Shown: positions 9,094 to 17,214 of the stretch, piece by piece
How positions within the stretch are numbered: position 1 is the first letter of the stretch
Layout of the letters: each line of letters opens with the position of its first letter
Assembly: GCA_041562555.1 (NCBI GenBank)
Contig: JBFEXS010000033.1
Location: forward strand, 1-18,473
DNA: 18,473 nt
Direction: 5' to 3'
Origin: Sulfurimonadaceae bacterium
GTDB lineage: Bacteria; Campylobacterota; Campylobacteria; Campylobacterales; Sulfurimonadaceae
The notes under the pieces: model-generated
What the model was told of the DNA's origin: nothing
Seen by the model: the letters and a program-made list of their open reading frames with translations, nothing else
Database searches by the model: none
Translations under genes and position numbers: made by a program

Positions 9094-9671
9094 ACAGTAT
9101 CGGGGTTGATAAAGACCTCTCCTTGAAGTACCTTTTCCCACAGTTTAGAATCATGCCAATCCGCTTTCACCGATTCTGAAAAACTTATCTTTTGCGGATC
9201 AATTATGCCCATGTTGGGATTATAAGCATCCTCTCTAAAACCTTGGGCATAACCGCTCTTCGTCTCATGCACGATGATGGAGTGCAGTTTTACTTCTTTC
9301 TCCCCGTTGATCATCTTGGTACATGAAAGCATCCTGTCAACCATAATGAAAATGACCCTGGAGAACTGCTCGGCAGAAGGAGAAACCGGCAACTGTATCC
9401 ATCGCTGCGAATGTTTTTTCATATCACTAATATAGTTTTGATCATCCCCATCCCAGAGAGTAATTGCATGATCAAAGGAGTCGATAAGGTCTTTGATCGA
9501 CTGTTTCATCAGACCAAAGTCAAACACCATCTGGCCATGATCCAAAAAATTTGATTCAAACAAGACTTCAATCTCATACGAATGCCCGTGAATCGAAGCC
9601 CGACAGCGTTCGGTAGAGCATCCTCTGACAATGTGAGCATTTTCAAATTTAAACAATTTTCGGATGAGCAT
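9090..9671 (-). CDS. queD: 6-carboxy-5,6,7,8-tetrahydropterin synthase QueD (PTPS family, long form)
   Basis: FKFENAHIV, C-x3-IHGHSY, MVFDFG, FDHA, PSAEQF and VHET motifs; adjacent to queE. Confidence 0.9.
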   Translation of the reverse strand: MLIRKLFKFENAHIVRGCSTERCRASIHGHSYEIEVLFESNFLDHGQMVFDFGLMKQSIKDLIDSFDHAITLWDGDDQNYISDMKKHSQRWIQLPVSPSAEQFSRVIFIMVDRMLSCTKMINGEKEVKLHSIIVHETKSGYAQGFREDAYNPNMGIIDPQKISFSESVKADWHDSKLWEKVLQGEVFINPDTV

Positions 9672-10430
9672 CTAAACCCCTTTATTTTGATCCCAGAGAC
9701 GAATATGCAAACGATCGCTATACACATATCCTTTACGTTTACAGTACTCGATGACTGCTTCACTGTGATCTTCCAACTCGGTCTTACTTCCACCTTTTGG
9801 CATACAATAGACTGAAATGGATGGTGCGAACTTTATGATATTGCCGATCTCATCATCAACACCGGATCCCAATGAAAACCTGTCCACAGTGAACTTGAAG
9901 AAAGCATCCTGTGAATAGGTCGCAATATTTTGGATTGCCTCCGCATTGATACGTCTGTTCTCAGGTTCACCGCTGTTGCTGAGTTTTACTGAAAGAGCAA
10001 AGGTACAGCGCTGATATACACGGTGCTTTTCAAAGTCGACGTTTATCGCACCGTTTGTCTCGAAAGTGACCTTATGGCCTTTGCCCTGTAAAAATTCTAT
10101 AAAAGAGACAAAAAGGTCATCATTGGCATAGATCAGGGGTTCTCCGCCGGTCAGTACGATATCAGCCTTTATCGGCAGTGTATAGGAATGATAGATATCA
10201 ATAAGCTGTTGCAAGGCTTCGATTTCCGTCCAGGTATCACCAAAGTGTTTCTTATCGACAGCATATACCGTGTCACATCCCATGACCTTGACACCGCTTG
10301 GAGAGACTTCAGAACATCCAAAGCCCTCACATTTCATATTACATCCGCCAAAACGAAAAAACAGAGATGGTGTGCCTAAATACTTTCCTTCGCCCTGGAT
10401 GGAGTAGAAATGTTCAACCAAATAGATCAT
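9672..10430 (-). CDS. queE: 7-carboxy-7-deazaguanine synthase QueE (radical SAM)
   Basis: EHFYSIQGEG, FFRFGGCNMKC...CDT, LTGGEP, ETNG, SVKL and RLH motifs; TGATG coupling to moaA. Confidence 0.93.
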   Translation of the reverse strand: MIYLVEHFYSIQGEGKYLGTPSLFFRFGGCNMKCEGFGCSEVSPSGVKVMGCDTVYAVDKKHFGDTWTEIEALQQLIDIYHSYTLPIKADIVLTGGEPLIYANDDLFVSFIEFLQGKGHKVTFETNGAINVDFEKHRVYQRCTFALSVKLSNSGEPENRRINAEAIQNIATYSQDAFFKFTVDRFSLGSGVDDEIGNIIKFAPSISVYCMPKGGSKTELEDHSEAVIEYCKRKGYVYSDRLHIRLWDQNKGV

Positions 10431-11395
10431 CAACCGCCCGTTTCGTAAAATGCGCGTGTGGAAGCTTCACCATCCGATTCTGACCAACGGTTCTTTTCCG
10501 GTTTGGTACGAATGACCTCTTTAAGTACAAGAGCAGCTTCTTGCACATCACCACGCTTGATCGCATCATGGATACTCATTGCTTCATCAAAATAAAGACA
10601 AGGAATAAGATGCCCCTCAGCGGTAAGACGGATACGATTACACTTTGTACAGAAATCGTCTTTATATGGCTCGATTATCCCAAAACGGTATCCATCTTCG
10701 CAACGGTAATAGTGTGATGGAGAAGTCGCATCAAATCCCTCATCGGTGAACGTGTAACGTTCGCCGATCAGTTTCAAAAGTGCTTCACTCTTCATACCCT
10801 TGATATCGACTTCGGCATGTACGTTTTCCATGTATTCGATATAACGTACAGTGATGTCACGTTCCTTACAATACTCCATCACATCCAGGACCTCATTCTC
10901 GTTCAATCCGACCATCGGGACCATATTGACCTTGACTTTCAGACCTACATGCAGTGCTTCATTCAGACCTGCAAGTACATTTTTCAACACATCTTTTTTA
11001 GCGATCTTTTCTGCCACTTCCGGAATAAGACTGTCAATAGAGATATTGATGCGTTTCAGACCGGCATCTTTAAGTCGTTGCGCATAACCTTTTAATAAAA
11101 AGGCATTTGTCGTCATTGCCAAGTCGATTTCAGGACAATAATCATAGATCATCTTGATGAACTTGTCCAAATCTTCACGTAGCAGTGGCTCTCCGCCCGT
11201 AATACGTATCTTTCTAATACCCTCGTCAATAGCTACCTTCATAAACAAGAACAGCTCTTCAAATTTAAGCAGGTTCTCTTTTGGCACCCATGAAAACGGT
11301 TTCTCCGGCATACAGTATTGGCATCTGAAGTTACATCGTTCTGTAACAGAAACACGCAGATAATCCACTGTACGTCCATAACTATCAACTAGCAT
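10430..11395 (-). CDS. moaA: GTP 3',8-cyclase MoaA
   Basis: [46 protein letters not shown]-terminal GG; AGGG RBS before ATG 11395. Confidence 0.98.
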   Translation of the reverse strand: MLVDSYGRTVDYLRVSVTERCNFRCQYCMPEKPFSWVPKENLLKFEELFLFMKVAIDEGIRKIRITGGEPLLREDLDKFIKMIYDYCPEIDLAMTTNAFLLKGYAQRLKDAGLKRINISIDSLIPEVAEKIAKKDVLKNVLAGLNEALHVGLKVKVNMVPMVGLNENEVLDVMEYCKERDITVRYIEYMENVHAEVDIKGMKSEALLKLIGERYTFTDEGFDATSPSHYYRCEDGYRFGIIEPYKDDFCTKCNRIRLTAEGHLIPCLYFDEAMSIHDAIKRGDVQEAALVLKEVIRTKPEKNRWSESDGEASTRAFYETGG

Positions 11396-11503
11396 ACAAT
11401 TCCCTAAATGGTTTAATCGTGCAAGATTAACCAAAATATTTATAGGGTCTTATTATATCTGTAATTATGTTTGATTTTTATAAGTCCTTTAAGGGCAAAC
11501 GCG

Positions 11504-11530
11504 AAAACCCCGTGACTATACCGTCAGGAA
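11504..11530 (-). terminator. Possible terminator at the end of the ABC/NIT operon
   Basis: Minus strand: ttccTGAC-ggtata-GTCAcgggg followed by TTTT, directly after the NIT gene stop. Confidence 0.4.
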
Positions 11531-11531
11531 A

Positions 11532-12371
11532 TCACTCTTGATGATCCAACATTGCCACCAAAGCCCCATAGACCTTGAGTACATTACTGATAGCCGCTGT
11601 CCCCTGATTGAAGTAGGTATTGGTGTCAAGTTCTATATGGTCTTGGTCAACAACGCGATTCAGAGTCAACTCCGTATAGGTATGCAGGCTTTCATTGATC
11701 ATTTGCAATTCACTTTTTTCAAGAGATGCAGGAACCTCCAGTCTAAGATAAGACTCCAACATCATTCTGTACTGTTCTATCTTTCTGGCAAATTGCTGCA
11801 TCTTCGGTGATTCTTGCTTTTTGCAATAACTCCGCGCAACGATCCCTGATCCCATGCCTCGCATCTTACCGATGTTTTCCGTCAATGGCAAAAGTACGTT
11901 GTTCAAAGTAGAGACCATTTTATATCTCTTGGCATCACTGGCAGAGAAATGTGTATCAATGACCCTCTTATTAAAGCTTATCCATCCTTCGATGATATCT
12001 GAGTAACTGGCAAACACCTGTGCCGAGTCCTCTTTAAATGCCCGTCGATTCAGCAGTTCCGTCTTGTTGATAAGAACAGCAGACATCTCTTTGAGCTCAG
12101 GCTTCAAACTGCTTGAAGCAATATTCTTTTCTACTTCCTGAAAGTTTTTAAGCATATTTTGACGCTGACCATAGACCAATAACTGCGCCACTACATTTCC
12201 ATTCATGTAGTTGTTCGTCAAACCGCGTGTCTTCTGTGTCGTGATCACGACATCCTTGATCGAATGCACTAATTCCAAATACGGTTTATCCTCTTGAGCT
12301 TGCGAAAATGGAAAAGCAAAAGCCATCCCTTCTAATACAATCAACCCTACTAAAAATATAATCCTCAACAT
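11532..12371 (-). CDS. Stand-alone secreted nitrate/nitrite-sensing (NIT) domain protein
   Basis: 279 aa from ATG 12371 (AGGGA RBS); signal peptide MLRIIFLVGLIVLEGMAFA; two helical halves with QKTRG and ENIGKMRGMG, resembling the NIT motifs Q-x-ERG and E-x-x-G-x-ERA; YF-x3-T-x2-I tail. Confidence 0.7.
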   Translation of the reverse strand: MLRIIFLVGLIVLEGMAFAFPFSQAQEDKPYLELVHSIKDVVITTQKTRGLTNNYMNGNVVAQLLVYGQRQNMLKNFQEVEKNIASSSLKPELKEMSAVLINKTELLNRRAFKEDSAQVFASYSDIIEGWISFNKRVIDTHFSASDAKRYKMVSTLNNVLLPLTENIGKMRGMGSGIVARSYCKKQESPKMQQFARKIEQYRMMLESYLRLEVPASLEKSELQMINESLHTYTELTLNRVVDQDHIELDTNTYFNQGTAAISNVLKVYGALVAMLDHQE

Positions 12372-12542
12372 ATTTTCCCTTTTCCCTGATTCATCTATAA
12401 ACACCTCGGTATTCATAGATAAATGTACATGTCCTGAGACATGTACTAGGTTTGAGAATTTATGCCGTAATACTGTACGGCAGGAGAACGTGAGCATTAG
12501 GGACTTACCTACTTTCCACAGCGAAGTAGCGCCCCAGGCTCT

Positions 12543-13334
12543 CTATTCATCCTCTTTGGCAAATTTCTCATACAAGAAACTAAGAATTGCTTCACGACAT
12601 CGGATATATTCCGGATCATGCTGCAAGGCAACCCGGTCCCTTGGACGATCCAGATTGACCTCAAGGATCTCTCCGATCGTCGCTTCAGGACCATTGGTCA
12701 TCATGATAACCCTGTCACTCAACAAGACCGCCTCATCAATATCATGGGTGATGATGATGACGGTATTTTTAACATTCTGCTGGATACGCATCAGGTGCTC
12801 CTGCAGATTTGCTCTTGTCAATGAATCCAGTGCACCAAAAGGTTCATCCATCAACAATACCTTCGGCTTGATAGACAAGGCACGCGCAATACCAACACGC
12901 TGCTTCATACCGCCACTGATCTCACCCGGATATTTATCCTTGGCATGATCAAGGTTTACCATCTCTATAAACTTGTAAACACGTTCCTTAAGCTCTTTTG
13001 GGCTCAACTCCGGCATTACCTTCTTGACCGCCATCTCGATGTTTTGATAGACCGTTAACCAAGGCAGTAGAGAGTGATTCTGAAACACCACTGCTCTCTC
13101 CGGTCCGGGTCCTGTGATCTCCTTGTTGTCAAGGATAATGCCACCGCCCGTGGCCATGTCCAATCCGGCGATCATATTCAACAGTGTTGACTTACCGCAT
13201 CCCGAGTGACCGATGATCGAGATGATCTCGTTCTCTCTGATATTCAAGTTGACATCCGTAACCGCCACATACTCTTTTCCCTTTGGTAAAGGAAATACTT
13301 TTTCTACGCCTTCTAAGTCTAAAAACTTGCTCAT
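12543..13334 (-). CDS. nrtD: Nitrate/nitrite/cyanate-type ABC transporter ATP-binding subunit (NrtD/NasD/CynD type)
   Basis: GHSGCGKST, PGPERAVVFQNHSLLPWLTV, ISGGMKQRVGIARAL, MDEPFGALD and MMTNGPEATIGE motifs; GGAGG RBS. Confidence 0.9.
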   Translation of the reverse strand: MSKFLDLEGVEKVFPLPKGKEYVAVTDVNLNIRENEIISIIGHSGCGKSTLLNMIAGLDMATGGGIILDNKEITGPGPERAVVFQNHSLLPWLTVYQNIEMAVKKVMPELSPKELKERVYKFIEMVNLDHAKDKYPGEISGGMKQRVGIARALSIKPKVLLMDEPFGALDSLTRANLQEHLMRIQQNVKNTVIIITHDIDEAVLLSDRVIMMTNGPEATIGEILEVNLDRPRDRVALQHDPEYIRCREAILSFLYEKFAKEDE

Positions 13335-13343
13335 AATTTCCTC

Positions 13344-14153
13344 CTATCGTCTTTTCGTATAATCAAAGTAGTCTGCAATAAATCCCATCATCGTATCAAG
13401 GATGTATCCAACGATACCGACGATGATAATCCCGATGATGATATTCGGATAGTTCAGGTTATTGTACTCATCCCAGATCCAAAAACCGATACCGATACCA
13501 CCGGTCAACATCTCAGCTGCGACGATAACCAACCACGCGATCCCCAAAGAGAGACGCATCCCCGTAAAGATGTACGGGACAGCTACCGGTAGAATGATCT
13601 GCGTCACCTTTTCCAAAGCAGTAAAGCGCAGTACCTTTGCGACGTTCAGATAATCCTCATTCACACTCTTCACACCCAAAGCCGTATTGATAATGATCGG
13701 CCAGATCGACGTGATAAAGATCGTGGAGATCGCCGTTGCATTGATGTCTTGAAAGACCATCAATAACAGTGGAAGCCACGCCAAAGGCGATACCGGCTTC
13801 AAGATCTGAATATACGGGTTCAACGCCGACATAAAGTTCTGTGACATACCGATCAAAAGCCCCACCGGGATACCGATAGCAATTGCCAAGGCGAATCCGG
13901 CAAATACACGTTCAAGCGAGTTAAGTACCTGCCAGAACAGACCCTTGTCATCCTCATTTTCAACATAAAATGGATCCGACAATGATCCATAAACCTCATC
14001 TCCTTCCGAATTAATACCTCCAAATGCTGCAACATAGGTATCCGATGGAGTCGGCAACTCATCTACTAATGTTGCTATCCCTGACCATGCCGGTAATAAT
14101 ATAAATAAAACCAACAGTGGAAATATAATTTTCTTAACGCTCTCAAAACTCAA
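13344..14153 (-). CDS. nrtB: Nitrate/nitrite-type ABC transporter permease (NrtB/NasE/CynB type)
   Basis: DPFY...DKGL.WQVLNSLERV, KPVSPLAWLP, WPIIINTALGV and WLVIVAAEMLTGGIGIGFWIWDE motifs; TTG start with AAGGAG RBS. Confidence 0.9.
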   Translation of the reverse strand: MSFESVKKIIFPLLVLFILLPAWSGIATLVDELPTPSDTYVAAFGGINSEGDEVYGSLSDPFYVENEDDKGLFWQVLNSLERVFAGFALAIAIGIPVGLLIGMSQNFMSALNPYIQILKPVSPLAWLPLLLMVFQDINATAISTIFITSIWPIIINTALGVKSVNEDYLNVAKVLRFTALEKVTQIILPVAVPYIFTGMRLSLGIAWLVIVAAEMLTGGIGIGFWIWDEYNNLNYPNIIIGIIIVGIVGYILDTMMGFIADYFDYTKRR

Positions 14154-14299
14154 TTTTTTCTCCTTATTGTAATGCTCAAGTAAAGTCCGTTCATCGACTT
14201 TCTTCTTTCATCTGTTCTCCACACAGATATAAAAACATCCACATGTCCTTATATCTATCCAGACTTACCATCGGATTTTCCGATAGTAAGGTGTGTTCT

Positions 14300-15691
14300 C
14301 TATTTTGTTACGAATTTCGGATCCGCACATCCTGCTGGACCATAGGGACATACATATGCAGGCTGTTCTGTTTTTACTGTCCACTTGTTCGCCGCTGCAA
14401 GCTCCTCTTTAGATACTTTTGGACTAGTTACTTTGAAGTCGAAGATATAATCAACCGCTTTGTTTGGATCCCATACTTTTTTATCCATGAACATGTTGTA
14501 TTTATCTACACCGTCCTTTTTCCAAGCACTTGGCGGAAGGCTGTACCCAACTTCTTTCGCTGCGACTTCAAACAGGTCCGGACGATATGTCTTTTCGATC
14601 ACCTCTTTCATGTTTACCGGTTTGTCAAGCTGACCCCATCTGTACATCTGTGTGATGAACCACATACCGTGTGAATAAAACGGGTACGCTGCATAATAGT
14701 TAGCAAACACGTTAAACTGTGGATTAGCCTCAGAGTCCTGACCTTTTAGGTACTGGAATGTCCCTGTCATTGATTTTTCAAGAACCGATACCGGTGCCTT
14801 TACGTAATTCGGTTTTGAAAGGATCTGTGCCGCTTCTTTACGGTTTTCCCATGAAGCATCCAACCACATCTGAGCTTCAATGACTGCTTTCATGACTGCT
14901 TTGGTCGTTTCCGGATTTTTCTCCACGAAATCTGCACGAGCTTGAAGCACTTTTTCCGGGTTGTTGTTCCAGATATCAAAGTTCGTTACTAGAGTAGAAC
15001 CCTTCTTCTTAAGTACGATACGTTCATTCCACGGTTCACCAACACAATACCCTTCGATATTTCCTGCAATCAAGTTAGATGGCATTGTTGGTGGTGGGAA
15101 AGGTTTGATCGTTGCATCACGATCCGGCTCGATACCGGACGTCGCCATCCAATAACGTAACTCATAGTTGTGTGTTGATACCGGGTGTACCATACCGAAG
15201 TTCAATGGCTGATATTTTTCACCCTCCGATGCATGTTTTGCGTCAATATACTTTTTAAGGGACTCTGAACCCAGTGGACGTGCTTTCTTATCCATCCCGT
15301 ACTTTTCCATCTTGCTGATGATGTTGTTACCGAAAGTGATCCCGTTTCCATTGAAGTCAAGACTTAATAGGGCTTGCAGGTTTGCATTACCGTTGATTCC
15401 CAATGTTGCCGCAATCGGCATCCCTGCTAACGCATGTGAAAAATCATACTCCCCATTAATCACTTTTTGCTGGATACCGGGCCATCCGCCACCTTCTTTT
15501 ACTACGTGTACATCCAGACCATACTTATCAAAGAAACCTTTCTCCTCTGCGATTACCAAAGGTGCACAATCTGTCAAGGCAATAAATCCGATTGTCAACT
15601 CTTTTTTCTCTAATTCTGCCATCAATGTACTTGCGACAAGTGACATCCCTAATCCAATTTTCAAAGCTTGTTTCGCTAATGGAAATTTCAT
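14300..15691 (-). CDS. nrtA: CmpA/NrtA-family ABC substrate-binding protein (nitrate/nitrite/cyanate type)
   Basis: IGFIALTDCAPLVIA, HPVSTHNYELRYW, PPP.M, GYCVGEPWN, NPEKV and WFITQMYRWG motifs; Sec signal peptide; AAGGAG RBS. Confidence 0.9.
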   Translation of the reverse strand: MKFPLAKQALKIGLGMSLVASTLMAELEKKELTIGFIALTDCAPLVIAEEKGFFDKYGLDVHVVKEGGGWPGIQQKVINGEYDFSHALAGMPIAATLGINGNANLQALLSLDFNGNGITFGNNIISKMEKYGMDKKARPLGSESLKKYIDAKHASEGEKYQPLNFGMVHPVSTHNYELRYWMATSGIEPDRDATIKPFPPPTMPSNLIAGNIEGYCVGEPWNERIVLKKKGSTLVTNFDIWNNNPEKVLQARADFVEKNPETTKAVMKAVIEAQMWLDASWENRKEAAQILSKPNYVKAPVSVLEKSMTGTFQYLKGQDSEANPQFNVFANYYAAYPFYSHGMWFITQMYRWGQLDKPVNMKEVIEKTYRPDLFEVAAKEVGYSLPPSAWKKDGVDKYNMFMDKKVWDPNKAVDYIFDFKVTSPKVSKEELAAANKWTVKTEQPAYVCPYGPAGCADPKFVTK

Positions 15692-15719
15692 TTTCTACTC
15701 TCCTTTTTTTGTTGATACC

Positions 15720-15773
15720 ATTTTACAGGAATGAAATATTTTTTGTTCACTTTGATGATTATTTTTTAATCAT
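15720..15773 (-). promoter_or_regulatory. nrtA promoter: -10 TAAAAT (15725-15720) plus upstream palindrome ATGATTA-N5-TAATCAT (15755-15773)
   Basis: Perfect 7-5-7 inverted repeat with the same core and spacing as the porin promoter. Confidence 0.65.
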
Positions 15774-15866
15774 TTTATGATTTTATTTAATACACATAAA
15801 CATATAAAAATACGTCATTTAAAAACCAAAAGAAAATTAAAGTGCCTGATCGAGATAGATGAGAAG

Positions 15867-15913
15867 AAAAAAAAGGGGGAATGACCGCCTAAGCGGTCTA
15901 AAAGGGGGAGGGT
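15867..15913 (-). terminator. Terminator-like 3' end of the porin gene
   Basis: GACCGC-ttag-GCGGTC hairpin, then attccccc and T8; the hairpin is flanked by direct repeats of TCCCCCTTTT. Confidence 0.65.
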
Positions 15914-17188
15914 TTAGTTAGAAAACTTGTAATCTAACATTACCCACGCTTTTTGCGTATCAGTACTAAAATCATCTGCTGAATAATCAGCATATTTGAG
16001 CATACCTGTCAAGCCCTTGACACCAGGGATAGTTCTTTTGTAGATAAGGTTAAGTTCCGTACCGTAATCCAGGCTTCCAGCATCTGAAGTGTAATCATGA
16101 TAGATCGCTTTTGCAACACCAAACTCTTTACTCTTGTATCCTACCATCAGGTTAGCATCAACAAGACCTGTTGTTGGAGTAATCAAAAACTTATCTGCCC
16201 AACCGTTGAATTTATGTTTCGTTGCCAGTGGTGTCTGGAAACCTGCATTGCTGCCATTTAGTCCGCCGGTCTCGCCAGCTCCAAGTACCTCGTAATTAAC
16301 ACCGGCAAGAATACCGCTTAGATTAACACCAAGATCTATATTGTAGTATTCAGAATCGCGGTCAGCTTTTCCAAAACTTTTCATCTCAAGTGAAGCATCT
16401 GTCTGCATCGCATACTCGGCACGGTAAGTGATCCCTACATCACCTGCTTTAGTCTTACCTGTCAGTGCTACACCGTAAGTATCGGAGATTGAACCCAGCA
16501 TATAAGAGTAAGCAGTAACCGTTAGCGCGTCTGCGACTTTATAAGAAGCATTTACCAGTGCCGAAGTCGTTGCACCTGAACCCGTACCACCTGCTGCGAT
16601 AATCGCATCCGTTGTTCTATTGATACCATAATAGATACCCTGCTCTCCGTTTCCATCATCACCGATAGCATTAACACCATAGACATATGCACCAAAAACA
16701 CTTAGACCGGCATCTTTATAACTAACTGATGCTAAATCAAGTGTTTGAAAACTTTGTTTCCAGCCAACTGAACCGATAAAACGTTGGTTATCCAGGTTTG
16801 TTGTACTTCTACCCACTGTAAAACTTGTTGCACCCGTAGAGTACTGAACCTTAGCCTGTGTCATTTTAGCCAGTTCTTTCTCAGCTGCAAGATCCTTCCC
16901 GTGTTGATCCAGTGTATTGAAATCATTAACCGAGTTAAGCTCTATTGTACCTGTTAATCCATCAACCTCCAATAGCTTTGCACTAAAGTTAAGATTTGTT
17001 CGATTTGTAAACGTGCTTCCAGAACTTGCCGCTGTACCTGCATGGTCAGTAAACTGATACCTTGGGCGTAACTCACCCTTGAATTTTATATCATCAAAAA
17101 TAGATAGACCATCTTCAGCTTGTGCTGAAACAGTACCCACACTCATCATTACGGCAGCAGCCAAAGACATTTTCATTACGTTTTTCAT
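15914..17188 (-). CDS. Outer-membrane beta-barrel porin (alginate-export/AlgE-like family), probable anion channel
   Basis: Signal peptide ending AQA; GELRPRY, LDNQRFIGSVGW.Q..QTLD, EYA.Q, FQTPLATKHKFNGWADKF, DYGTELNL motifs; terminal aromatic strand WVMLDYKF; AGGAG RBS before ATG 17188. Confidence 0.8.
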   Translation of the reverse strand: MKNVMKMSLAAAVMMSVGTVSAQAEDGLSIFDDIKFKGELRPRYQFTDHAGTAASSGSTFTNRTNLNFSAKLLEVDGLTGTIELNSVNDFNTLDQHGKDLAAEKELAKMTQAKVQYSTGATSFTVGRSTTNLDNQRFIGSVGWKQSFQTLDLASVSYKDAGLSVFGAYVYGVNAIGDDGNGEQGIYYGINRTTDAIIAAGGTGSGATTSALVNASYKVADALTVTAYSYMLGSISDTYGVALTGKTKAGDVGITYRAEYAMQTDASLEMKSFGKADRDSEYYNIDLGVNLSGILAGVNYEVLGAGETGGLNGSNAGFQTPLATKHKFNGWADKFLITPTTGLVDANLMVGYKSKEFGVAKAIYHDYTSDAGSLDYGTELNLIYKRTIPGVKGLTGMLKYADYSADDFSTDTQKAWVMLDYKFSN

Positions 17189-17214
17189 TTTTTCTCCTAA
17201 TAAATGTTGGCACA

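Noticed and set aside
11491..11530. GGGCAAAC-GCGAAAACC resembling the start of a c-di-GMP-I riboswitch
   Set aside because: The P2 stem with GNRA loop and the P3 stem are missing, and no + strand gene lies downstream; the minus-strand terminator reading explains the sequence better
12372..12542. ANTAR (NasR/NasT) dual-hairpin target
   Set aside because: Loops lack the hexaloop A1/G4 pattern and no U-tailed terminator overlaps them
14191..14244. Mini-ORF MWMFLYLCGEQMKEESR in the nrtA-nrtB spacer
   Set aside because: Poor SD spacing, start buried in a hairpin, and no informative composition
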